Below, one piece after another: positions 1 to 13,470 of a stretch of 64,000 nt of DNA (the first letter of the stretch is position 1; every line of letters begins with the position of its first letter). The DNA comes from Phallusia mammillata (lineage: Eukaryota). The DNA lies in assembly GCA_965637545.1 (NCBI GenBank), contig OZ281500.1, positions 7,440,001-7,504,000 of the forward strand. Reading direction: 5' to 3'. Below the pieces are notes generated by a model, which did not search any database, had not been told where the DNA came from, and was given only the letters and a program-made list of their open reading frames with translations. The position numbers and the translations under genes are program-made.

Positions 1-1937
1 GTGTTGTGAATTAGTTTTTTTTCTTCTTTTTACTGCGCATAAAAAATAAATTGATTGTGTCTGTCAAATAGTTTTTACGTATTGATACTGTTTGGTAAGT
101 TAAGAAACTTTTTGTCAGACTTACAAACTTAACTGCGTGTGCCAAAGTCCTAAATCTTTATTTAACCATCAGTATAACACCTTAAATTATTTATTTTTTT
201 AATTTTAAAACATTTTGCAAGTTTATCACAACGCTGCCAATCTAACCAAAATTAACTTTTCAGTTGTCCCAAAACGTCGTTGCTGGCCTCCACCAATTGG
301 CGCAGAGCATTTCGGCACGTGACTACGCGACAGGATTACGTCAGCACCAGCATATTGTCTCGCATTCCAACTTTTCGGAAATTTCGGCTTTCATGCCCGG
401 AGTGAAAACCATGCTTCAAATCGCCGGACAGTTGCGTATTTAAGCATTGCAACCAAGCATAAGTTGACATGATCCTGCCGCTGTTTCAACCTTTTGTAGA
501 TGAGAAATGAACATTAATTTATGTGGTTTGGGCCGATACAGTTTATGTTATAGCAGTTTATTTCTTTCACTGCTATCAAATCCCACTGCACGGCGCCCTG
601 TAATGATATACTATTTGTCGTTTTAAACCTTTCTTCGCACTATACGTTTATAGGTTGCATTCACCCTTTCAACTTATGGCCTTCCTTCACCTTTGTGTCC
701 ACCACTCTACGTAGAACCTTCGGTAAATCAATACCTGGTGTGTGCTGCTATCCTGCATGACCAGTATTGTTACCACTATCGTTATCGTGGTGCCTCGTTC
801 ACTTTAGAAGCGCGGTGCCATGCCTTTAGTTGCCACGGTGTCGCTTTTAGGAAGATTTGTACAGATTTTTTATTGTCCTATATATACGAATGTCGTTCTT
901 GCTTTAAGAGTAATTTCCTTTGTCGACCGTTGCACGGGTGTCGGTTTGACTGACAGCTGCTTTTGTCGCTGCTGATTGGCCGACGCCGTCACGTGTGTCC
1001 TAGTCTCGGAGAAGCCTTGATCGGCCATGATGTTTTGTTTTGAAACGGATGAAGGAATGTTGTCAATAAAATTACCGGTGGTTCGCGTGGCAATAAAACG
1101 AAACTGCAACACGGAAGGCTTGCTCGGTGTTTTTAAAAGCACAGGATGCTTTGTATCTTACAGACAGCATTGTATAAGTAATTTTCACTGTTGTTAACGA
1201 GTGTAACAGGCAGAAACCTTCAAGGGGGCTTTATACTTCGTTAACATAGTGTATATAGTTTCATAAACTACTTACTGAATATGCCTAGGCTTTGGCCTTC
1301 CGACACTAAATACAAAACCGAAAGTTTGTCAGAAACTGATGACTCGTAGAAGTGGTTCAAACAATAATACGTTCATATAAGCTATGCTATTGTTAGTAAA
1401 ATAAATTTTACCGGCTAGCAGTGCCGTTCAATAAAAACCGATTTGTGAAACTCGTTTTTGGGTCGCTTCATACATAGATTAATTAGTTACCATGCATATT
1501 TTCGCTTCAAAAATGTGAAAGGTATTTCTTGTTTTAAAACCCATTCACGAGAGTAATTTTGGTAACAGTTTGTCGGATTGGTATTCACCAGCTTTTGTAC
1601 AAATTCAAGTAAGTATAAAACTACAAATCGTTTAGTTAACGAACATGTAACACTATACAAAGAAGTACGTACGACCTCTTGACAAAGTTCGCCCACAGGG
1701 TGAGAACAAACGATGACAACTTCCTTTGAATATTGATGAACAGTGATCGGACTGTTGATGGTTGCAATCCTTACAAAGCGGCTTGCCCATGTATTAAATG
1801 TCATTGTAGCGCAACGGTACCGACAATGTCAATTCGTTATCCTAGGAGTGTGAATGCACATTAACCGCCCTAATATCAGTTTTTGTTGCCTTACTCCTGA
1901 GTTAACCAACAACAATACGATTTTTGTCCAGCTAAAG

Positions 1938-2120
1938 CAGTGATCTCCAACACTATGGTAGCAACGAACAACTTTTAAGCACTTGGTTTACGAACCCCAA
2001 AATAAAGCTTACCTTAAAGCTAGTTTTAGAAACTTGCTTTAAAATTGCACCTTTAAGGACCACGTGGAACCATTTTACTGACCCCTAGGGGGTTCCCGCA
2101 CCCAAGGAGGGGAACCAGTG
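1938..2120. mobile_element. Degenerate hAT-type MITE
   Basis: Decayed termini CAGTGATCTCCAAC ... GGGGAACCAGTG resembling other MITEs in the window; target-site duplication (TSD) poorly preserved. Confidence 0.45.
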
Positions 2121-2560
2121 CGCAAAGGCTTCACGTAGGCATAAAAACGAACGCGTGCCATGAATATCTGTTGTTTGGAAAAACAATACGTCAAAACGAC
2201 AACAGCTGCCGGGGAGTCGGTACTCGGCTTCTGTTGCTTCCACGAAACCACCGTTTAAATGCCATGCAGGCCCGGCTTTGCGTAGCAACATCCGCCAAAA
2301 GCGACTCAGGAACGAGCGGTCGGTCGTGATTTCCGTTCCTCCGCAGCGCGATTGTGTTTTTATTGTCAGAAGCCCGATGGCACGAAACTCGGCAATTTGG
2401 GCCCTGCAAGGTAAACACTTCATCCGTACACGACAAAAAATCCCAATGCACTTTCACCTGTTGTGTCGTACATGTTTAACTATATACATGCTATGTGCTG
2501 TATTAAAAATGTGGTATCCTATTTGATTCTTTGGGACACTATATACGGATCTGTTCATAA

Positions 2561-2702
2561 GTTTAATGGTGAAAATAACGGCCCAAATAGACGTAAAAAA
2601 CGACATGCTTTATGATGATGGCATGAGCATTTGCCGAAACGTTTGAACAATAAAGCATGTCGCTTTTTACGTCTATTTGGGCCGTTATTTTCACCATTAA
2701 AC
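2561..2702. repeat. 53-bp inverted repeat around a 36-nt spacer with a hammerhead-like core (possible Penelope-like retroelement remnant)
   Basis: Arms 2561-2613 and 2650-2702 are reverse complements with 1 mismatch. The junction and spacer read TGATGA-T-GGCA-tgagcatt-TGCC-GAAACG. Confidence 0.8.
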
Positions 2703-3673
2703 CTATTTGATTCTGATCAAAAGGTTCGTTTTTCATTATGTTTTCTTCAGCAAAATGTTTGCAACCAACGATTAGTGTGTTTTTTGCAATGCTTTAACAA
2801 ACGGTTGCAAACCAACAAAAAAACGCAAAGCAATACACTCAATGCAGTTGCTGTGTGCGAAATATCATCAACGGAAGTCATTACTATTGATAAAAAATAG
2901 GTTCCGGTTGAATTCGAGGAAAACCACAATGTGTGTTTTTCGCACGAAAATGTATCGATTGTCATTTTTGGACAGTTGAACCCGTGCAAACACAGCTAAA
3001 ATATTTCTAGCGTATTTTGAACAACGAATTATTGACCGTATTTGGCATTGGAATTGCGACTGATTGCACAATCCCGAATGAGTCAATAACTCGATGAGGT
3101 TATGTATTGCCTCAGTGCTGTTGCAATCCGACATTTGACCAGAAAAACCTTCAAAACAACAAGTATAGTTCACCCTAACGTTTTGATGTAGCTTTGTACA
3201 AAGCATTGCGCGGAACGCATTATAAAACTTTTTCCAAGTCAGCATTTAAAGCTTCAATGCATATGTGGCTTAACACGTGTGAATCACTGACAGGCCGCGT
3301 CATCTCCGCTACAAGCTGTAGAGTGTAGACTGATGAGATTTTTGTGAATCGGTATTGCGATGCTGAGAGACATGCCATTAGCAAAACACGTGTTATGTTG
3401 TCCTGCTAACCCTGCAGCAAACGCAAGCTTTTCATTCGCTGTGGGACTGCTGGAAGCTTAATGACATGCACTTTGTATGCATTTGCGTGGGAGCAGGCGA
3501 TTCCAGTGCAGTAGGCGAGTCCTGGAAGTAGGTTAGCATACAAGATTTTCTAATGTCTTTAGTCACCAGATTCCAAAGCACATCAGCAGATAACACCGCG
3601 GTGCGTCGTTAATTAGCATATAACAGCAGTCAATTGTGAAAAGTCTATAGCTGTTTAGGTGCTGAATTGCCCA

Positions 3674-3724
3674 TAGGGATGGCTGACAAGTAAAACTTTT
3701 TTAGGGATGGCTGACAAGTAAAAA
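3674..3724. repeat. Short direct tandem duplication (~28-bp unit)
   Basis: TAGGGATGGCTGACAAGTAAAA occurs twice in tandem. Confidence 0.8.
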
Positions 3725-6700
3725 ACCAAAGAATATAGTGTTGGCAATATACTTGTAATGTAGCAAATAATTGGCCTGTTAGTTTGATATGTTTGCAAAA
3801 ATATGGTAGCAGTATAAAAAAATGCGTTTTAATTGTTTGTTTATGATATTGTGTAGAAGTATTGCCATGTGTTTGTAGGCTTGTGTGTGTGCTTGGAGTC
3901 AGTATAGCAGCAGGTTCTGGTGATTTATTACAACATGTTTTGTTTCGTTGCTTGCACGGTACTGGTGCACGATCAGCTGCAACGAATTTCAGGCAGCTAG
4001 ATTCTGAATTGTGACCTCCGTCATGATCAACGCGTGCCACAGTTATTTCACTAGACCGCTAGAATTCGTTCACTTCCACAGGTACATCCAAACGGCACCG
4101 AGAATTTGACATTTGCTGTCCCCTATCGTCTGAAATTCCGTGGTAATTGCGGCGCGTGTCCCATGTTCTGATTCGTGTGCCCCTTCCCTGACTTCCAATT
4201 CCACAGATTCGTGACTAATTATTAAGCGCACCGCGACTTGTGTTGCTAGGCGCTTTTGAAGTTGCTCCGACTAAATTGGCGCGTGACAGGAAAAAATGTT
4301 ACCGATTGAAAGCGTAGCGGTCACGACCAAGGAATCAAACACGAAGGCAGACTTATTTCACTAAATGTTCAGATCGCAAGCCCAACGGAGGATATGGCGG
4401 CAAACGGGTGTAATTAATGTTTTTTTGGTAATGGTATCGTGAAATGTCATCGCCAATTGCAAGTTTTAAGACCCCTAGCCCTTAATGCCAATAAATCTGA
4501 TGCAATAACTGCAATAAACAACCAAGATATATTTCTTTTCTCTGTAAATTCATCTAAATCTATGCAAAAATCGTTTGTGTTTCAGTTAATGATATTGTGT
4601 TGTGCTTTGGTGTTAGAATGTTAGTATATTATTATTAAAACCGCATTTACCTGTGTAGCTCATAGTGCATTTTCCGTGCGTCCGGTTCGGTAATTGCTCA
4701 CCCGTCTAAACAAATTAGGTTTTCGCTGTATCCTGCTGCTGTGAGCTGAGCTGTAAATGTCTAAACCACCATCGCGGTCATGTACTGTAAAATCTATAGG
4801 GAATTGTCAACACTGGATAAGGTCAATTTGGTGCAAAGATTTAATCTGCAACGTTAAGAGAATTTTCGGTCTTGCCTAGAGGTAAAATACAGTACAAGGT
4901 GCATGTGGTTTGTTTGAACTGATGCTTGCCGCAAAGACACAACATATTTTTTGGTATTGCAAAATTTGCAAGGTCACAGTGAAACCCGTTTGCCTTTTTA
5001 GCTAGCTAGTACCATCGGTTTTGATGAGTCATAGTTCTAACGCAGCAACCGTGTCGCAACACCCCGGACTCGACTATGGGTATTCCCCTTTGTTCTTTGT
5101 TCGTTTGGGTAAATATAGGCTAGGTTTTGCCCGTTACTATTCCCCTCGTCAAAGCATTGCGCAAGCCGATATCTCAACATGATGAAACCGAAATTTCGTT
5201 TTCAACGTCTACGACGAAGGCTAGTTGCAAAGCCAAACATCCCGTACTGTTTTCCCTTGCTTTGTTTCAGCGAATTCTTCTAATTCAATTTCGTTTGTGG
5301 GACTTACAGGCGTTTCCACAGTTTGCAGTTGAGTTGTTTTTAAGTGTAGGGATAGCGCATATATGGTTTTACGTCGATCACAACTCGTTTTTTTTATTAC
5401 ATTTCAAAGCTAATTGGTCTTGCCAGAATAACTTTACTTCAACATAACCATTATTAATATTCTTCATCGACTTTCAAGACCAGAATCGCTTATGCTTGCC
5501 GAAAACAGCTTAGTTTATGACACAATATTGCGCAATATAAATAAGTTGTTGCAGCCAGGCATAATGTAGTAACAAATATGTTCGAGCGGTTCTTATTATA
5601 TAACAAGTCGAAGATCGACGTCCCATACCAGACACTTTCCTCAGGGTAATGACTTTAAAACACAAAGTTGTTATAAAGCAACAAAGTGTATAAAGCACGT
5701 TGCGCAACATGTCGTGTATTCACTCAGTCAAAAACAACGTTTCGGCGTTTATTTGTCATAGCATTTACCATAATTTAGTCCCAGAAAGCTTCATTAAAAA
5801 CAGGCATATAATATTTCGCCTGGTGAAGTGAGATAGCACCAGACGATATTTTGACTGGTCCGGACGCACAAATTAGTCATCACTGCGAATCCGGATGGAG
5901 GAAGGCACACGGGCAGCCGGCCGATCATCGTTAGCGGAGGGGAAACGGCCTTTCCCGTGAATCGTTGCACGGTTGTCACTTTGCCGGTGTAAATGAGTCA
6001 TAACGCCCCGGCAAAATGCCACCCACTTTATCTACTTCTCACTAGACCGGAATGATTTTTCTTGTGTTTGTAAAGCAGTAAATGACGACTAAGGGTTTGG
6101 ATAATTCACCTCGTGGTGTGTGCTTCCTAGTCACGCTTTTTTAAACAATTTACAAGATAGTGAAAACAAAAGCTTGAAAAGTTTTGCTAATGCGAGGACA
6201 CCAGTGCACGACCCTAAATCGTGTAAAATCGACAACTGATATGACCAGTGTTTCGACACGTTCGAAAATGAATCCGAATTTTGGGATAGATTCAAGGCAT
6301 TCGGTTCCTAATGTCCGTAATACTTTCTAACGCAATTATATAATCTGGACTTCCAAATAGTTTAATGTTTGTTTGCAGCGAAACTCTTTACGCTTAATTG
6401 CTGTCTAATCCTACGACACAAAACTATAAATGTAACCCACGGTCAACGTATTGTTTTGGAAAGTTAGTCGGCGACTTATAAACATTAATTAGCAGTGCAA
6501 TTACACCGTGACGCATCTATTTAAACGTTATACCAAGTCAACAGACAGCAACCGTGCATTGGGTACGTGATCTAAAATGAAAAGCGTTGATTTTCTAATG
6601 TTACAACGGTTCAGGCCGGCATATTTCGCATGCCTTCTTGTTGTTTGATTAATAGTCTGTAAGGAGGGTGCAACCGTCGTTCGAACTCGCCCCAACAGTT

Positions 6701-6818
6701 TTGACGTCACATGTTGACATGTACTTCGTACTGGCAAGATTCTGGTACGTGCGCGCAGGAGGCTTGTGCAATAAGGCTGCTATAACTCAACTTTTGCACC
6801 CTACAGTATACTACAGAC

Positions 6819-7048
6819 CAGTGGTCGTCAACCGCCTGTCCGCGCCCGGTACCGATCCGCGAGGAGTTCGTTACCAGGCCGTATAATTTTTCAGCTTAAA
6901 TGCTACAAAAATAATTTGTCAATGTATCCCGGGGGTGATAAACTAATTTAAGCGTTTTGATTGCTAAATATTTGTAGTTTTTGAAGACCGGTCTGCGATA
7001 AAATTTCACTTTCAAAAACGGTCCACAGTGCAAAAAAGGTTGCTCCTG
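6819..7048. mobile_element. hAT MITE, family A copy 1
   Basis: Left terminal inverted repeat (TIR) CAGTGGTCGTCAACC, decayed right TIR, imperfect TSD ctacagac/ctatagag. Body homologous to 59479-59643 and 62707-62942. Confidence 0.8.
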
Positions 7049-8222
7049 CTATAGAGTATAGACGAGGAAAAACTAAGTTCCAGGGTTTAATAAAAAATGT
7101 TCCCCTACTATTTGCAATCATAAATATTGTATTTTAAAAGTGTTATGGCTTCGCATATGGCAAGTAAAAATGCAAAAAACTATATTTGATTTGAACCGTT
7201 TTTAGTTGCTTAGCCCGTCTACCACCAACGCAGTGTTTACTTGATTGCTGCTGCTTGTTATTGTGGTCGACAATCGACCTGTTCGTGACCCTCGATTCGT
7301 GCTTGGGCCTATTTACCATATTTCCTCAGTATCTGCGCATGCTCACGACGCAATCAATATGGAATCAAAACATTTACATGTTAAACCAGCAACTTTGCTA
7401 ATTGGCTATCAGGGTAGTATGTGTCGACTTTAGTTCAGCAGGTCAAAGTACTGCAAAAGCATTTAATATTGCTTAACAGTGTCGCATAATATCATAACAC
7501 ATTGGTCGCTTTGTAGTAGCCAGACCGTGTTTGCGTGTTGTTGATTGCAGCTTTTGCAAGATGGTTCTTTGTCTTCTAACCGCGGGGTTCCAAATAAACA
7601 GTGTATTGTCGTTTGTGTGTTCGTGCTTTCCCACAGCTGCTATACGCATCAATTCACTTGAGTGACGTTGCAAAGTTGTTTCGCGTAGCCACAAAATGTT
7701 AAGCTCGGTTTGGAACTACGAAAATATTGCCTTTCCTTATAACTGCGTTAGTTTGTTACAAATTTACTCAATTTCATCTGCCAATTTGTTGCAGGAAGTC
7801 GATTCGCTTGCCATATAGGTTTGGGTTCACTATTTATTGTTTTAGGCGTTCGGGTTCTGTTCAGGTTTTGCATTTTCAGGTTCGTGCCAATAATCCGGTC
7901 CTGACTGGTTTTTACCGCACCAGGTAGTTTAATTATATTTTTCCATTGCGTAACCAGCTTTTTAAACTCTGAAAACATTTTGACCCTTCATTACGCAACA
8001 CTTGAAATTCGTCATTTTTTGGCAGCTGTTATCTTGACTATTCCCCAGTGCGTTGTTTTGAAATCTATAATGTTTGTGGTGTTTACAAAAATGCAAGCTG
8101 CGTGTTTACTGGTTCCAGTACGTTTCAGGTTTATGCCAAACAAAATGTCAGGGTTTTAGGAATGTAATTTACCGTTCGGTTTGTCTAATACAGTAAACCG
8201 CCCCAGTCAGTCGGTTTGTAAT

Positions 8223-8400
8223 CAGTGGTGGAATTCAAATGTTTTGTTAGTCAGTTCTATCACAAAAGTCATTTTTTAGCCGATTCTGTTACAAGAAGTC
8301 CATCAACAGTAACCAGTAATGCTAACCGGTTCGCAGATCTCACAAAATGTCGTGAGGCGGTTTTATAGAACCGTTGCGAACCGGCTGAATCCCACCACTG
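8223..8400. mobile_element. hAT MITE
   Basis: TIRs CAGTGGTGGAATTCA / TGAATCCCACCACTG (14/15); TSD tttgtaat/gttgtaat. Confidence 0.85.
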
Positions 8401-11400
8401 GTTGTAATGTATTTTCACTGGGTCAATCGTCCTTACTCGATGCCATTTATCAGTACGCAGGTTGCTAGTGATTGTGGCTGCAGGGTGACATTCAGCACGC
8501 GAAGGTGACAGTATGTATTCATCATGTTATACATGTATGGGCAATCCATTACCTGCTTTGCTGGGGCGGCTGGCGCCGGAATTTATCTCTTGACTTTAAA
8601 ATACCGCACATTACATACATAGCAGTGCAATCTGGGTTCGCCCGGACAGTTTCACCACAAACAAAATCGCTTTTAAGTCGAAGCATTTTTTGGATCGAAA
8701 ACGTTGTATTTTTCTTGTATTTTTAAGACACACGCCGTGATTAATATCTAAAAAAGACCACCCTGTCCGAATTCGAGGTCTTCATTGCTGTACGGGGATT
8801 TTGATTTTTTGTCGCTCACATTGAGATATACCTGTCGGTGCATTTAACGTCTTAAATAACGAGTCCACAACTTCCATATCCTGCTCAGAGTTGTAAGTCG
8901 GGCCTGGCACATTATGTGTCCTTAGTTTTTTTAATATAAATTACCTAGCTAGGCATAGCTATAGTTGCTGGATGTAACAATGCCCCAAATCCCTAAAACG
9001 TCTTGCTGGGTCACTGTCTATTTTTTCCATTGTGTATGTATTCTTTTTAATAGGCTTGTCAATCAAAGTTTCGGGCTTTGGACTTTCGGGTTCGGGCTCA
9101 AATTTTCGATCCGTTTACAAGATTTCTACTTGATTATAAAAACTCTGGTAGTCCCCCGTTTTGCATTAGTGCTATTTTGTTGCGAATCCTGAAAGTTCCA
9201 CAACGCATCGAAAATTTGGTTTTGCCTGCTTAGCATACACGCGGATAGAAAATCCCCTAACGTATCGAAAATGTTGCGCTTAAAGGCTAAACTAATTCCT
9301 TTGTAACGTTATCAGGTGCGTTTAAGGAAGTATCAGAAGCGTCTTCCATATTATTGCATAGACTTCGCTTCCCGATATTCATAAAACTGCGTCTTATACG
9401 TTATTACTGGTGGGCTAGGGGAAAACTCCACAACAAACTAATAAATGTGTTTGCTTTGGGTAAACAACGACGACACGAACCTTAAGTAACGCAGTTAAAA
9501 AGAACTGCAAAATGACAATTTTAAACTCTTGCGTGACTATAAAAATCCCTAAACATGGAAACAGTACCATTTTAAATATCAAATATATATAATTGGACAT
9601 TAATTGAAAGCTTGTAGTCCAAATACCGCAGAAGTGCATTTGCGGGTTGAACTGGCGCAAACATAAGGAAGGTATTTTGACACTTGGCGTGGTTTATGGA
9701 TGAAACCATAATGAGTGCGCCTGTGTAAATTCGCCTGATCTCTAATGAACGGAACTCTGGATAAATGAAAATTGGAAATGTGTGCAGAGATATGACACAA
9801 TCGTGCAGATCGCTCCATACGCAGTTTCCTGGGCCAGCTGAAAAGTCGAGCCGTGATTGAATAGCGATTAAATCTGCGAGAAACGGCCAATTTCTAATAC
9901 TGCAGAATCCCACAACAGGCAATATCCTGGCGACGCACGTGGAGGACATAGAACATCCTTATTAGCGGGTAAATGCCACTCGTATTAAAACAACATCGAA
10001 TTGCCTGCGACGGCTATAAGCGTTTTAACGCTCGTCAAGACCTTTTACTTGAATGTCCGATACTGTGCGCGTGTACAGAAAAAATGCTGTACATTGCGCG
10101 TTTCCCATTCAACGTCCGCGCTTTCAGTTGAATCTCGTTGTGCTTTATGGGGAATGTAACGTTGTAACCCAACTCTGACCGTTTATAGAAAGAAGTCGGA
10201 ATGCCACGCGACGCCGAGTAGCTTGAATACCTCACAAATCACATTGCCCGCACTTTGTGGAGTATTTCGGGAACGCACGCATCCTTCCTTAACGGCGAAA
10301 GGCCCTCGAATCTGTCAGATCTATTTTCGGATCTCTTTTGATTGGTTTAGTCGGGACGCGAAACGGCTTGACGAGTTGCTTGGTAATTCACAGTGGATAT
10401 AAACAGGTTAAATGATTGTTTGCACGTTGAATCCAGGCCCGCTGATTCTTACATTAACGATTTGACTTCGTGGCAGAGGTCGCAGGTATTGTAATTTGAC
10501 ACCACGATACATCGAATACAATGCCCATCTTTTTAAACATAGAACGGAGTGCTTCTGTCACCGCTTCTCAGAAATGCTTGAGTACAATCACAGCGCGAAT
10601 CCACTGGAATAAACAAACACTATAGCATGGTTGTAAAGAATGCGGAAACTCCATAAAATCATAGGCGTGTTGCTGCGACTAAGTTCTATACCATGAGTAG
10701 TCAATACTTCGACCTTTAATAGTTTAAAAGTGTCGTGACATATTTAACGGCGGATTATCGGGTGCCAAATGCATTTACCAGTGCACAAAGGGCAGGATAA
10801 TCGTGCCGCGTTCGCGAAGCTAATGCAAATTGCCAGTACAATAACGACAGACTGGCCTGACTAATCGGTCGGTGACCCGGTCCTGTCGCAAGCAGTCACG
10901 TCGGTTATTGCGCCACTCAGCTCTTATGGTTGCTGGCCCGGTCGTCACCTGTTGCATTGACTGGTGTGGCTTTGTTCCGATTTCGGTAAGCGCCATCAGA
11001 ATGTGACATTACGCCAACCATGGTGCCCTGGATATAAATTCGATTTTGGGATTAGGTAGCTGACTAAGGCAAATCGATAGGCAGCTTTTACTTGCAGAGT
11101 TTGGATGACGGCATTACGTGTGGCAACAGTGGCTGCAAGCAGGTTTCTTTGTTCGCTGCAATACAGAAACACATTAGTCTGTGTGGCGCAACTGTAATGG
11201 TGATAGGCAGTGATCTATCTGGAGTGGGCATTTGAGTGTAATTACAACAGTATGGGGGAAATATTGCAGCAAATTGGGCAATGAAAAACATCGCGTGCTG
11301 TGCAGCACTGCGAGTCGCAACGCTCATTGTCTGTCTACAAATCAGCTGTGTCGCACGCGCCCCTTGTGTGTGCGCGGAAGCGTTACGCGAGCGCACTGTC

Positions 11401-11720
11401 GGCCAATGGGGTCGCTGAAAACGTTTAGGAGAAAGAAAGAAACAAATCGGGAGGATGCTGCGCGGAGTAAGAGTAGCTGGAACGCCGGTTGCCGTGTAGT
11501 CAACGGCCTCTAGCACACTTGGGCCACCATATATCTGACATGCAAGAACAAAGAGGTTGGTTTGTCGATTACTGCCGCTACCACAGCGGTATACATGCTC
11601 AAAGACGGCCATAAAAGATGTAACAATTCAATAACGCTTGTACATAGTCCATTGCAATGCCCGAGTTGTCAGGTTATTTTGATTTCTTTGTCTGTTCTAA
11701 AAACAGTTGAGTTTGAAAAA

Positions 11721-11780
11721 GAGGCAGAGAGGAGTAGAAGACTTAGATCTGAGGCAGAGAGGAGTAGAAGACTTAGATCT
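11721..11780. repeat. Perfect 30-bp tandem duplication
   Basis: GAGGCAGAGAGGAGTAGAAGACTTAGATCT x2. Confidence 0.95.
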
Positions 11781-13386
11781 CGTCTTCAGGTAGTAAATAA
11801 TAAAATGGTGCAGTGTTATTGCGAGCTCTAGTTTATGGTGGATATAAAAATGTTTACATTAAAATCCATTGTTTCGGTTTCGGTAGAGATGTCTATGATC
11901 TGCAATACGCCGTTGAAATGTATTTTGCAAATGTTTTAAATTAATCTTTTGAATAATTTAACATTTTGGAGTGGTAACTAATTATATGCAGGCTGAGTCT
12001 TACATGTGACCATTAAAGGCCAAAACGCTTTGTGTCGAAATATTAATTTGCGAATCAATTCCCTGCACGGGTATAACATACGCCCTGTTACCATATGTGA
12101 ATCGGCGCTCGAATGTGTTGGATAATTTTCACGAAATCGCAAGTAACTGCCAACACTTACTCGAGTGTTTTAAATTGGAATTAAACGTTTACAGTTTGAT
12201 CCAGTACTGTTCAGAAGTTTTACCCGAGGCTGACGTTAATGCGTATGAAATCATTTCCAAACCCATAATCGTACACTTAACTCTTTTTAGTGGTTTATTA
12301 CAAAACTGATGACATGTAACGATTATTATATGGTTCTTGGCATACAAGATATATTTATAAACAGTTGCTTTACCCCAACCTGTAAATATCACCAATGGGT
12401 ATACCAAGTTAGACAACAACATATAAGTAAAAAAAATATGTTTTTGTTGGTTAAATGTTTCGACCCCTTCGACTGACTTTTAGATTGGATCGTAAACAGC
12501 TTAGCTCAGCATGGCAGATGACGTCTTTCATCAATTTCGTGAGGTCCGATAAAGATTTTCAGAGGCCCTTCTGTCTGGTGACGTGTTGATTCAAGTCGCA
12601 ACCGCCGTTCGATAAAAAGTCAGTCTATCTTCAGTTCCATTCCCCATGCATATAGAAACGTGCCAGTAAACAACCGAATGGACATCAAAGCAACACAACA
12701 TGTTTACGGGTTGGGTCGCAACATTTCGCATCAACAAATTGTTACGCAACCTTGGCGCTATTTTGCACTGCGGATCGCGCCGTTACCTCGTGAATCATTA
12801 CAAATACAAGCGCCCGTGAGCCAGACTGATTTCAACTGCTGTGCGCAATAGCCTCACAACTGCTCTATTCACTACGCCACGTTGCTGGTCAATCTGTCGT
12901 GACGTGTGTTTGAATAAAAGTTATTTAAAGCCTTTGTGCGATATGGTCGTAGGTGGTTGTATTTGAATTGGTTGGTTTTGGACGTTTAGAATGTTACAAC
13001 TCGATTGAGTGTAAACTGATAATCGAGATTAGAGAAAATACCACATAACGTGTGACGAAGTCGAAAATTTGTGGTTGCCTGTTTATTAAGTTGTCTTAAG
13101 AAGGTATTTTGATCAGTAGATTACTTGAATTAGCCATAAATTTTGGCGTTATCCATGAAAAAAGTTTTTAAGCTATGTTAAGAGGTTATAGCCTAAATCT
13201 ATTTCTGACGTGATTCGGCCAATGTCTTTGTCATTCGTATATAAGTCATTGAAATTAAAAATATACCTGTTGATGGCAATAATGATGATGTTCACTACGT
13301 CAAACGGCTTTATGTTGTACCACCCATGCACTTGTGCTAACACATTATACAGTGGTCTATATTTAGATAAGTGCCGCCGCAGTGTG

Positions 13387-13470
13387 TGACGTCACCTTGA
13401 GTTCGGTCAAGTATCGGTCGGTATCGTGACGTCACATGATTTGTGCCACGTAGGCATGCTCGGATGTGAC
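13387..13470. promoter_or_regulatory. Cluster of CRE (CREB/ATF) sites
   Basis: Perfect TGACGTCA at 13387-13394 and 13427-13434 (40 bp apart), plus a TGACG half-site near 13467. Function is inferred. Confidence 0.5.

Noticed and set aside
11721-11780. 30-bp direct repeats as a CRISPR-like array
   Set aside because: Only two abutting copies with no spacer, in eukaryotic DNA; a simple tandem duplication.
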